A stretch of 32,000 nucleotides of DNA, from the NCBI GenBank assembly GCA_023252195.1, contig JAHEXI010000017.1, forward strand, positions 18,604 to 50,603, in the 5' to 3' direction. Below are positions 7,887 through 16,237 of the stretch, in pieces. Position numbers and translations under genes: made by a program. Numbering within the stretch: the first letter of the stretch is position 1; the number at the start of each line of letters is the position of its first letter. A model generated the notes under the pieces. That model was not told the origin of the DNA, searched no databases, and saw nothing but the letters and a program-made list of their open reading frames with translations. Origin of the DNA: Pseudonocardiales bacterium. GTDB taxonomy: Bacteria > Actinomycetota > Actinomycetes > Mycobacteriales > Pseudonocardiaceae.

Positions 7887-8999
7887 TCAACTGGGTAGCC
7901 GCTGAGCCGTGGTCACCGAGAAGAAATGCCCCTTGCCGGGCTGAATACGCAGGTACACGCGCGAGCCCTTGGCGGGCGTGTGGTTCGGGTCGACCCGGGC
8001 GATGATCTGTCCGTTCCCGGTGCCGTCACCGCGGGGCAGATCCGAGTGCCACCCGTGGAGAAACGCGTCCGAGCCGAGTTCTTCGACGACGGCGACGGTG
8101 ACCGGGAAGGCGTCGGGGTCGTTCTCCGTCACCAGGTCGACGGACTCGGGGCGGAAGCCGACGACAATGCGGTCCGCGCCCTCCTCGGCCAGCGCGGTCA
8201 GGGTCGCGCTCGCCAAGTGGACGCGGGCCTGCCCGAGCACCGCGTCTGTTCCGTCGAGCTTGAACTCCGCGATGTTCATCCCGGGAGAACCGATGAAACC
8301 GGCGACGAAAACGCTGGCCGGCTGCTGGTAAAGCCGCAGTGGCGTGTCACATTGCGCGAGGATGCCGTCCTTGAGCACCGCGACCCGGTCGCCCATGGTC
8401 ATGGCCTCGACCTGATCGTGAGTGACGTAGACCGTGGTTGTTCCCAGTCGGCGCTGCAGGGCGGCGATCTGAGTGCGAGTCTGGACCCGGAGCTTGGCGT
8501 CGAGGTTGGACAGCGGCTCGTCCATCAGGAACACCTGCGGGGAACGGACGATCGCCCGGCCCATGGCCACCCGCTGGCGCTGACCGCCGGACAGCGCCTT
8601 GGGCTTGCGGTCGAGATGGGATTGCAGGTCGAGGATCTTGGCAGCCTCGGCGACCCGGGACGTAATCTCCTCCTTGCTCCTGCCGGCGATCTTCAACGCG
8701 AAGCCCATGTTCTGTGCCACCGTCATGTGCGGATACAGCGCGTAACTCTGGAACACCATCGCGATATCGCGGTCCTTGGGCGCTAGGTGCGTGACGTCCC
8801 GGTCACCGATGCGGATCTGGCCGTGATTGACCTCTTCGAGACCGGCGAGCATACGCAGGCTCGTCGACTTGCCGCAGCCGGAGGGCCCGACCAGGACCAG
8901 GAACTCCCCGTCGGCGATGTCGAGGTCCAGCGCGTCGACCGCGGGCCGCTCGGCACCCGGGTAGATCCGACTTGCCTTGTCGTAGGTGACGGATGCCAT
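7887..8999 (-). CDS. Sugar/polyol ABC transporter ATP-binding protein (MalK/UgpC/SmoK type)
   Basis: MASVTYDKASRIYPG...; Walker A GPSGCGKST, signature LSGGQRQRVAMGRA, Walker B FLMDEPLSNLDA, and a C-terminal MalK-like regulatory domain. ATG 8999 is preceded by AAGGAG. The 190-codon upstream extension in the track is Arg/Pro-rich and does not look coding. Confidence 0.93.
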   Translation of the reverse strand: MASVTYDKASRIYPGAERPAVDALDLDIADGEFLVLVGPSGCGKSTSLRMLAGLEEVNHGQIRIGDRDVTHLAPKDRDIAMVFQSYALYPHMTVAQNMGFALKIAGRSKEEITSRVAEAAKILDLQSHLDRKPKALSGGQRQRVAMGRAIVRSPQVFLMDEPLSNLDAKLRVQTRTQIAALQRRLGTTTVYVTHDQVEAMTMGDRVAVLKDGILAQCDTPLRLYQQPASVFVAGFIGSPGMNIAEFKLDGTDAVLGQARVHLASATLTALAEEGADRIVVGFRPESVDLVTENDPDAFPVTVAVVEELGSDAFLHGWHSDLPRGDGTGNGQIIARVDPNHTPAKGSRVYLRIQPGKGHFFSVTTAQRLPS

Positions 9000-9031
9000 C
9001 AAGTCTCCTTGAGTCAGCGAGATGGGGCGGG

Positions 9032-10045
9032 TCAGGTCTGGGGGTGGACCATGACCTTGACCGACTGCTGGTCGCGCCGGCCGGCCGTCAGCGCCTGTTC
9101 CGCCTGGTCGAGCCGGTAGGTGCCGGTGACCAGACGATCGAGGTTGATCCGTCCCGACGCGATGAGCGCGATCGCCCTGGGCCAGGTTCCGGCGTAGCGG
9201 AACGTGCCGGTGAGCTCGAGCTCTCGCTCCTGGATCACGGCCAGCGGCAGTAGGATCTCGTCGCCACCCATGCCGACGAGCACCGCGCGACCAGCGCGGT
9301 CGAGCGCGCGGATCGCCTGGCTGATCGCTGGGGGGTGCCCGGAGCACTCGAGCAGCACCTCGGGTGGCCGGTGCAAATCGGTGACACTCGTCTTCCGCGC
9401 GTCGATCACCGTCGTGGCGCCCAGTTCCGTCGCGAGAGCGAGCCGTACCGGGTTGACGTCGGACACCACGACCTCGGTCGCACCGAAGGCGAGCGCCGCC
9501 GCAACGCTGACGAGCCCGATCGGTCCCGCGCCGGTGATGAGAACCCGGGAGCCAGCGGTGACCCGGGCTTTCATGCATGCCCAGATGCCGACCGAGAGCG
9601 GCTCGAGCAGGGCGGCGGCGTCATCGCCCACGCTGGCGGGCACCGGGTGGGCGAAGGCCTCGTGTACGACGACGTACTCGGCGAACGCGCCGTCAACCGG
9701 CGGGGTCCCGAAGAAGCGCATGTTCGGGCAGAGGTTGTACCGCCCGGCCAGACACTGCCCGCAGGTCAGGTCGGGTACCCCCGGCTCGATGGACACGCGT
9801 TCGCCGACGGCCAGCCTCGTGACCCCGGGCCCGAGATCCGTCACCTCGCCCGCGGCCTCGTGGCCCAACACGAGCGGGGCCTCGACGACGAAACGCCCGA
9901 TGCGCCCACGCTCGTAGTAGTGGGTGTCGGACCCGCACACCCCGACGGCGCGGACCCGGACCAGGACCTCTCCCGGACCGGGCCGGGGAATGGGCCGTTC
10001 CTCGATGACGAGGTCGCCCGGTGCGCGTAGTACGGCTGCTCTCAT
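9032..10045 (-). CDS. Zn-dependent medium-chain dehydrogenase, sorbitol/L-iditol/xylitol 2-dehydrogenase-like
   Basis: MRAAVLRAPGDLVIEERPIPRPGPGEVLVRVRAVGVCGSDTHYY...LGHEAAGEV...GAGPIGL. ATG 10045 overlaps the stop of the upstream permease (ATGA). Confidence 0.9.
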   Translation of the reverse strand: MRAAVLRAPGDLVIEERPIPRPGPGEVLVRVRAVGVCGSDTHYYERGRIGRFVVEAPLVLGHEAAGEVTDLGPGVTRLAVGERVSIEPGVPDLTCGQCLAGRYNLCPNMRFFGTPPVDGAFAEYVVVHEAFAHPVPASVGDDAAALLEPLSVGIWACMKARVTAGSRVLITGAGPIGLVSVAAALAFGATEVVVSDVNPVRLALATELGATTVIDARKTSVTDLHRPPEVLLECSGHPPAISQAIRALDRAGRAVLVGMGGDEILLPLAVIQERELELTGTFRYAGTWPRAIALIASGRINLDRLVTGTYRLDQAEQALTAGRRDQQSVKVMVHPQT

Positions 10046-10935
10046 TTGACGGCGCCGAGGGAGAGGCCCTGGACGAGTTTGTCCTGGGCCGCGAACCCGG
10101 CGATGATCACCGGCAGGGACACCACCAGGGCCGCTGCGCAGACCTTCGCGAGGAACAGACCCTGGCTGGTCACGAAGCCGGTGAGGAACACCGGTGCGGT
10201 CTGTGCGACGGTCCCGGTGAGGACCCGGGCGAACAGCAGTTCGTTCCAGGAGAAGATGAAGCAGATCAGGGACGTGGCAGCGATCCCGGGCAGGACGACC
10301 GGGGCGACGATCTCGCGCAGGGTCCGGACGAGGCCCGCGCCGTCCATCGCGGCGGCCTCGAGCATCTCGACCGGGACCTCGGCGAGGAACGAGCGCATCA
10401 TCCAGACTGCGATCGGCAGGTTCATCGAGGTATACAGCACGATGAGCAGCCACACGTTATCCAGCAGCCCGGCTACCTGGGCGAACAGGTAGATGGGCAG
10501 CAGACCCGCCACGACCGGCAGCATCTTGGTGGACAGGAAGAAGAACAAGACGTCAGTCCACTTCCGGACGGGTCGGATAGACAGGGCGTAGGCCGCGGGG
10601 ATGGCGAACAGCAGCACCAGCACCGTGGACAGCACGCTGGCCGTCACCGAGTTGAGCAGCGGAGGCCAGGGGCTGGCGCCGCTGGAGGCACCGAAGAACT
10701 CCCGGTAGCCCTGCAAGGTCAGCGGTGCCGCGATCGACGGCGGGTTGGTGGCGGAGGCCGCCTCGGAGTGCAACGACGTCAGCAGCATCCACAACACCGG
10801 CAGCACGAACAGGATGCCGATCAGCCAGGCAACCATCCCGAGGATCATCCCGCTCCGCGGTGGCCGGGTCCGCCGCGCAGCGCCCTCGGTGGTGCGGCTC
10901 GCGGGCACCGGTGCGGTGTCGGTGATGGAGGTCAT
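10042..10935 (-). CDS. Carbohydrate ABC transporter permease (MalG/SmoG type)
   Basis: Polytopic membrane protein with an EAA-loop-like segment (...EAAAMDGAGLVRTLREIVAPV...). ATGA overlaps at both ends (10932-10935 and 10042-10045). Confidence 0.9.
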   Translation of the reverse strand: MTSITDTAPVPASRTTEGAARRTRPPRSGMILGMVAWLIGILFVLPVLWMLLTSLHSEAASATNPPSIAAPLTLQGYREFFGASSGASPWPPLLNSVTASVLSTVLVLLFAIPAAYALSIRPVRKWTDVLFFFLSTKMLPVVAGLLPIYLFAQVAGLLDNVWLLIVLYTSMNLPIAVWMMRSFLAEVPVEMLEAAAMDGAGLVRTLREIVAPVVLPGIAATSLICFIFSWNELLFARVLTGTVAQTAPVFLTGFVTSQGLFLAKVCAAALVVSLPVIIAGFAAQDKLVQGLSLGAVK

Positions 10936-11867
10936 CGGGAGGTCTCCTCACGGAACAGCGACGACACGGTCCGCAGCGCGAAGGTGGCGATGATGATGGT
11001 GCCGATCACCACGACGACGCCGGCGGCGGAGGCACGGCCGTAGTCGTGGGCCTGGTAGAAGGTCTGGTAGATCGTGTAGGGCAGGTTGGCGGTGCCCAGC
11101 CCGCCGGAGGTGATGGTGAAGACCGCGTCGAAGTTCTGCACGATGTAGATCGATCCCAGCAGGGCGCCGAGCTCGAGGTACTGGCGCAGGTGGGGAAAGG
11201 TCATGTAGCGGAAGATCTGCCAGCTGCCGGCCCCGTCGATGCGCGCGGCTTCGATGACGTCCAGGGGCCGACCCTGTAGGCCGGCGAGCAGGATGAGCAT
11301 CATGAACGGGGTCCACTGCCAGATCAGGGCTGTCTCGACGGAGACCAGCGGCATGGTGGAGATCCAGTCCGGCTGCGGTGGGTGGTCGGAGCCGAACAGC
11401 CGCCACACCGCGGTGATCATGCCATTGAGCAGGCCGTACTCCGGGTTGAAGAGGGCGTGCTTCCACAACAATGCAGCGGCCACCGGAACGACCAGAAACG
11501 GCGTGATCATCATGGTCCGCACGGCGCCGCGCCCGATGAACTTCCGGTCCAGCAGCAGCGCGATCACCAAGCCGAGGAACAGGCTCACGAGCACCACCGT
11601 CACGGTGAGCAGCACCGTGGTGAGGATCGCGTCGCGCATGTTGACGTCGGTCAACACCCGTTTGTAGTTGGTGAGACCGGTGAACCCGCGTTCGTCCGGG
11701 TAATAGGCGTTCCAGTCCATGAACGAGACAATCAGGGTTACCACGAACGGAAGCTGGGTAACCACGATCGTGAAGATGAGGGCGGGCAGCAGGGGTGCCC
11801 TGCGGGCCCAATCCGCCGAGCGCCGCAGCACATCCCCACTTCGCGCCGTTGCCGCCGAGGTGGTCAT
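10932..11867 (-). CDS. Carbohydrate ABC transporter permease (MalF/SmoF type)
   Basis: Polytopic membrane protein with ...EAARIDGAGSWQIFRYMTFPHL... ATG 11867 overlaps the SBP stop (ATGA). Confidence 0.9.
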   Translation of the reverse strand: MTTSAATARSGDVLRRSADWARRAPLLPALIFTIVVTQLPFVVTLIVSFMDWNAYYPDERGFTGLTNYKRVLTDVNMRDAILTTVLLTVTVVLVSLFLGLVIALLLDRKFIGRGAVRTMMITPFLVVPVAAALLWKHALFNPEYGLLNGMITAVWRLFGSDHPPQPDWISTMPLVSVETALIWQWTPFMMLILLAGLQGRPLDVIEAARIDGAGSWQIFRYMTFPHLRQYLELGALLGSIYIVQNFDAVFTITSGGLGTANLPYTIYQTFYQAHDYGRASAAGVVVVIGTIIIATFALRTVSSLFREETSR

Positions 11868-13243
11868 CGCCCCTCCCGGGAGCGGTAGCGCTCGGCCACG
11901 TCGTCGGCGAGTTGCTGCCCGCGGTCCAGCGCCGCGTCAACGGTGGTCTGGCCGGCGATCGCGGAGCTGATTCCCTGGGACACCTGCGTACCGAGGTCAG
12001 GAAACTCGGGTATGTCAACGAACTGAATGCCCAGCGCCGGACGCGGCTGGACCCCGGGGTTGCGGGGGTCGGCGCTCTCGATGGCGCTGCGGGTGGGTTC
12101 GGCGAACGCCGATGCCTGCTGCAGGTACGCCGCGTTCTGGTAGGTCGAGGCACGCTTGCCTGCCGGCACCCTTGACCAGCCAAGCTCGGACCCCACGAGC
12201 TCTTCGTATTTCTTGCTGGAGGCCCACGAGATGAACCTCCAGGCATTGTCCTTTTTTGCACTCGCGTGCTGGATGCTCCACGACCACGCGTAGAGCCAAC
12301 CCGAGCTGGCGGTCTCGACCACCGGTGCGGGGGCGTACCCGATCTTGCCGTGCACCGGGGAGTTGGCTGCCTCGAGAGATCCCGCGGCGGAGGTGGCGTC
12401 GTACCACATGGCGGTATTGCCCTGGATGAGGTCGTTGAGGCATTCGGTGTAGCCGGCTTGCGGCGCTCCGGTCTCGCCGTGACTTCGGACCAGGTCCACG
12501 TAGAACTGAGTGGCTTTCTTAAAGGCCGCGCCGTTCACCTGGGGTTGCCAGTCCTTGGTGAACCAGGTCCCGCCAAAGGTATTGACGACGGTGGTCAGTG
12601 GGGCGAAGAGCTGACCCCAGCCCGGCTGGCCGCGTAGGCAGATTCCAGCCATCCCCGGCTCGGCGTGGTCGACCTTCGCCGCGATGTCGGCAACTTGGGG
12701 CCACGTCGGTTTCGCCGGCATTCCGATGCCCTTTGCCGCCAGCACGTCCTTGCGATACATGAGGAACGAGGACTCGCCGTAGAACGGCTCACCGTAGAGC
12801 TTTCCGTCCTGCGCTGTCAGTGACGTCGTCATGGGCCCGAGAATGTCCGCCTGATCGAACATGGGGTCGGCTGCTACGTAGCGGTCCAGTGGGGCGATCC
12901 ATTTGCTCTTGGCGTAAATCGGTATCTCGAAGTTGCTCAGGGTGGCAACGTCGTACTGCCCGGCCTGGCTGGAGAACTCTTGGCTGATCTTGTCTCGTAC
13001 GTCGTTCTCCGGCAGGACGGTGAAGTTAACCGTGATGCCGGTGTCCTTGGTGAAGTGCTTCGCGGTGAGCTGTTGAAGGTCGACCATCTGGGGGTTATTG
13101 ACCATCAGCACGTTGATGCTGTTGGGCCCGCCGCCGCCCGGGCCACCACCCCACCCGGCGCACCCGCTCACGACCAGAGCCAGCGTGGCCGTCACTACGG
13201 CCAGGGTCGATCGCACGCGGCTACGCACGGGTCGGTCCTCCAC
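11864..13243 (-). CDS. Extracellular solute-binding lipoprotein of the polyol/sugar ABC transporter (SmoE-like)
   Basis: Signal peptide with lipobox LVVSGC followed by a Gly-rich linker, then a family-1 SBP-like body. The true start may be GTG 13228 (GGAGGA lies 7 nt upstream) rather than GTG 13243. Confidence 0.88.
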   Translation of the reverse strand: MEDRPVRSRVRSTLAVVTATLALVVSGCAGWGGGPGGGGPNSINVLMVNNPQMVDLQQLTAKHFTKDTGITVNFTVLPENDVRDKISQEFSSQAGQYDVATLSNFEIPIYAKSKWIAPLDRYVAADPMFDQADILGPMTTSLTAQDGKLYGEPFYGESSFLMYRKDVLAAKGIGMPAKPTWPQVADIAAKVDHAEPGMAGICLRGQPGWGQLFAPLTTVVNTFGGTWFTKDWQPQVNGAAFKKATQFYVDLVRSHGETGAPQAGYTECLNDLIQGNTAMWYDATSAAGSLEAANSPVHGKIGYAPAPVVETASSGWLYAWSWSIQHASAKKDNAWRFISWASSKKYEELVGSELGWSRVPAGKRASTYQNAAYLQQASAFAEPTRSAIESADPRNPGVQPRPALGIQFVDIPEFPDLGTQVSQGISSAIAGQTTVDAALDRGQQLADDVAERYRSREGR

Positions 13244-13272
13244 TAGTTGGAAGAGCGATGCAGACCCGGCTG

Positions 13273-13316
13273 CTCATAGGAGCGTGCCGGATCTCATACG
13301 TGATACGAGTCTCATA
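13273..13316. promoter_or_regulatory. Three direct CTCATA repeats in the SBP/SorC divergent intergenic region; candidate SorC-family operator
   Basis: CTCATA at 13273-13278, 13293-13298 and 13311-13316, spaced 20 and 18 bp (about two helical turns). The last two are embedded in TCTCATAYG. This is the only intergenic region shared by the regulator and the operon. Confidence 0.4.
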
Positions 13317-13386
13317 TGCCGCGCAGGCGCCGTCAAGGGCATGTGCAATAGTGGGCAGGTCATCGCTCAAATGAGCAGGAGGTGTG

Positions 13387-14337
13387 ATGGCAGATCAGGT
13401 CGGGGGGCCCGCCCAGGTGGTACTCACTGCGTCAGTCGCGCGCCGCTACTACCTCGACGGGCGGTCCAAGGTTGAGATCGCCGAGGAGTTCGGACTGAGC
13501 CGCTTCAAGGTCGCACGGCTCATCGACGCGGCCCGGGACAGTGGGCTGGTCCGGATCGAGATCCGCCACCAAGGGGTGATCGACGTGGAACTGTCGGCGC
13601 ATGTCCAGGATCGGTTCGGGCTGCAACACGCGATCATTGTCGACACGCCGGACGACCACGCGGAGTCGCTGCGTCAGCATCTGGGGCGAGCTGCAGCCGA
13701 GTTGCTCAGCGAGGTGATCACCCCTCGAGACGTGCTCGGTCTCGCTTGGGCACGGTCGGTCAGCGCGATGGCCAAGACCTTGCCGCGACTGCCCGGCATA
13801 CCGGTGATCCAGCTGACCGGAGCCCTTTCGCTACCGAACGACGACGACAGCTCCGTCGACGCCGTGCGGGACGTGGCACGCGCCTCGGGCGGGCGCGCAT
13901 ACCTCTTCTACGCGCCCTTCACCGTTCCCGATGCCACGACCGCCCGCGCTCTGCGCCAACAACCCGAGGTCGCCCGAGCTTTCGACCAGTTAGGCCTTGT
14001 TACCAAGGCCGTTGTCGGGGTGGGGCTCTGGGAATGTGGCCAGTCAACGCTGTATGACGCAGCGGAGGAGCGCGACCGCCGAGCGCTGCGTCACCTCGGC
14101 GTCTGTGCCGATATCTCCGGTGTCTTTGTCTCAGCCGACGGCGAAACGGTGAAGACTGACCTCGCGGAGCGGATGATCGGCATCACCGCGGAACAGCTGC
14201 GAGCGATACCGGAAGTCATTGCCATTCCATACGGCACGGCCAAGGCGCCCGCGGTGAGGGCCGCTCTCCGCAGCGGCCTGGTAAGCGGCCTCGTGACGCA
14301 CACAGCACTTGCTCACGCCCTGCTCGACAACGGATGA
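13387..14337 (+). CDS. SorC/DeoR-type sugar-binding transcriptional regulator
   Basis: N-terminal HTH ...VARRYYLDGRSKVEIAEEFGLSRFKVARLIDAARDSGLVRIEI... followed by a ~250-aa sugar-phosphate-binding-like domain. ATG 13387 follows AGGAGG. Divergent from the polyol operon. Confidence 0.88.
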   Translation: MADQVGGPAQVVLTASVARRYYLDGRSKVEIAEEFGLSRFKVARLIDAARDSGLVRIEIRHQGVIDVELSAHVQDRFGLQHAIIVDTPDDHAESLRQHLGRAAAELLSEVITPRDVLGLAWARSVSAMAKTLPRLPGIPVIQLTGALSLPNDDDSSVDAVRDVARASGGRAYLFYAPFTVPDATTARALRQQPEVARAFDQLGLVTKAVVGVGLWECGQSTLYDAAEERDRRALRHLGVCADISGVFVSADGETVKTDLAERMIGITAEQLRAIPEVIAIPYGTAKAPAVRAALRSGLVSGLVTHTALAHALLDNG

Positions 14338-15119
14338 ACCAGCCCGAAATCCCGTTACTTGGGGGCACCGCCAACCGGGGACAGGTCGTTCGAGTCGGTA
14401 ACACGGTACGTCGGCCGCAACGACGAACCAGCCCGGCGATCCACGCCCTGCTGCGCCATCTGACGGATATCGGATTCGACGGCGCCCCGCGCTTCATCGG
14501 CATAGATTCGCAGCAGCGAGAAGTGCTTTCATACATCCCGGGAACAGCCGTGACCCCACCGTATCCCGACTGGGCACTCACCGATGAAGCCCTGGTCAGT
14601 GTGGCCGAACTGCTGCGCGCGTACCACCAGGCCGTCCGCACCTTCGATCCCACTCCTTACGCATGGCCGTCGTCGCCCCCGGAGTCTTTTACCGGGGAGC
14701 TGATCAGCCATAACGACCCCAACTTGGATAACGTCGTGTTCCGCGCCGGTAAAGCCGTGGCGCTCATCGACTTCGACCTCGCGAGCCCAGGTGGCAGATT
14801 GTGGGACATCGCATGCACAGCGCGACTGTGGGCGCCGCTACGACCTGACTGTTATATCGACGATGGCCGGCGAGGCCGAGTGCCCGACCGGTTCCGGCTG
14901 TTCATAGATAGCTACGGGCTGGTTGACGCCGACCGGTCACGTGTCGTGGACGCCGTTGCACAGAACCACAATTGGTGCTATGACAACGTCCGCAGCAGCG
15001 CCGCGCAGGGTCATCTCGCTTTTTCTGAATATTGGACGGCAGCGGCCACGGAGCGAGCTGACCGGATTTGCCAGTGGTACCTCGAAAACGGACAGGCCCT
15101 GCGGGCCGCACTGGTCTGA
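14334..15119 (+). CDS. Aminoglycoside-phosphotransferase (APH)/protein-kinase-like-fold phosphotransferase, substrate unknown
   Basis: HNDPNLDN (HxDxxxxN catalytic loop) and ALIDFDLA (metal-binding D, DFG-equivalent). N-terminal GGTANRGQVVRVGNTVRRP is nucleotide-lobe-like. The ATG overlaps the SorC stop (ATGA at 14334-14337). Confidence 0.8.
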   Translation: MNQPEIPLLGGTANRGQVVRVGNTVRRPQRRTSPAIHALLRHLTDIGFDGAPRFIGIDSQQREVLSYIPGTAVTPPYPDWALTDEALVSVAELLRAYHQAVRTFDPTPYAWPSSPPESFTGELISHNDPNLDNVVFRAGKAVALIDFDLASPGGRLWDIACTARLWAPLRPDCYIDDGRRGRVPDRFRLFIDSYGLVDADRSRVVDAVAQNHNWCYDNVRSSAAQGHLAFSEYWTAAATERADRICQWYLENGQALRAALV

Positions 15120-15149
15120 TCTAGCAGGGACTGCGGCGAGGATCGGGCG

Positions 15150-16113
15150 CTAAGCGCCGTCCAGCTCGATCCGTTGACCTTCCGGGGTGATCGTGAACTG
15201 CCAGCGGTCGGCGCTGGGTTTGCCGCGCTGCACCCACCAGGCGTGCGCGGCTTCGACCTCATCCCACAGCCGCCGAGGGCCGTACTGGCGTACCGGGACT
15301 CGTCGTCGTTGGCGTCTGGGGTGAGGTGGGTCAGCTTGGCCCAGGAGCGGGACTCGGGAGCCAGTAGCCAGACCACCGCTGCCCCGTCCTTCTCGTCGTA
15401 GGGCCAGTACCGCCACTGGCATTGCGGCACCCGCTGACCGACCGCGAATTGTGCGCCCCGATCTCCGGTGACCCAATACGGGTGCAGATCGGTGGCGCTG
15501 ACCTCTGCCCGGTCCTCGTCGGCGCCGACTACAGCGGCCACGGGTCCGCGCCGCTCCCGCAACCACATGAAGCTGCTTTCGGCAACGATGCCGCCGCCTG
15601 CGCAACCGTGATCGTCGATGTCACGAGCGCACCGGTATAGCTGTTGGCCCAGGGCAGCAGAACTCTGCCGCCGGGCCGGGTCTGTTCCACCCAGGAATAC
15701 GGGATTTGGTGTACGGCGGCCGTAGCGATGATCCGGTCATACGGGGCTCCCGCTGGATGCCCGAGAGCCCCGTCGCCAGTGATCACGCTGATCTCGCCAT
15801 AGCCGGTGTCAGACAGCGCTTTGCGTGCCTGGGCTGCTACTTTCTGGTCGATCTCTAGGCTGGTCACGAGCTGGGCACCGAGCCGGTAGGAGAGCAACGC
15901 GGCGTTGTAGCCAGTGCCGGTGCCGATCTCCAGGACCCGATACCCGGGAACGGCGTCGAGAGCGGCCAGCATCACCGCGACCATGATGGAAGACGACGCC
16001 GAGCTGGTCGGCATCGTCCCACTCAGACCCGGTCCGATGGGGCGTCCATCGTCGATCTGGGTGATCACCGCATCGTCAGCGTAGGCCAGCTCCAGCCACC
16101 GCTGCGGGTCGCC
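15150..16113 (-). pseudogene. Protein-L-isoaspartate O-methyltransferase (PIMT/PCMT)-fold methyltransferase with a C-terminal extension; disrupted
   Basis: Three track ORFs in three frames join into one homologue: ...WLELAYADDAVITQIDDG...TSSASSSIMVAVMLAALDAVPGYRVLEIGTGTGYNAALL...APYDRIIATAAV...GGRVLLPWANSYTGALV / DIDDHGCAGGGIVAESSFMWLRERRGP...THLTPDANDDES / VRQYGPRRLWDEVEAAHAWWVQRGKPSADRWQFTITPEGQRIELDGA*. Frame switches lie near 15617-15625 and 15293-15300 (G3 run). In-frame TGA (16114-16116) and TAG (16129-16131) lie upstream, and there is no room for a normal N-terminus before the divergent XRE gene. Confidence 0.75.
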
Positions 16114-16237
16114 TCACCGACCCGGGAGCTACGGTGGTCGCGCGCCAGCAGCGGGCGGCCGCATTGTCGCTCGGTCAGCCGTGGGCTGCCTACGTCAGAG
16201 AACGGCCGGAATTGGCCCAACGGGTGCCCGCCGCGCA

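Noticed and set aside
7887-10453. Upstream extensions of the ABC ATPase (to 9578) and of the Zn-dehydrogenase (to 10453)
   Set aside because: The extensions run through the upstream genes in a different frame and are Arg/Pro/Gly-rich. Internal ATGs with SD (8999) or an ATGA overlap (10045) give proteins of canonical length beginning with the family-typical N-termini.
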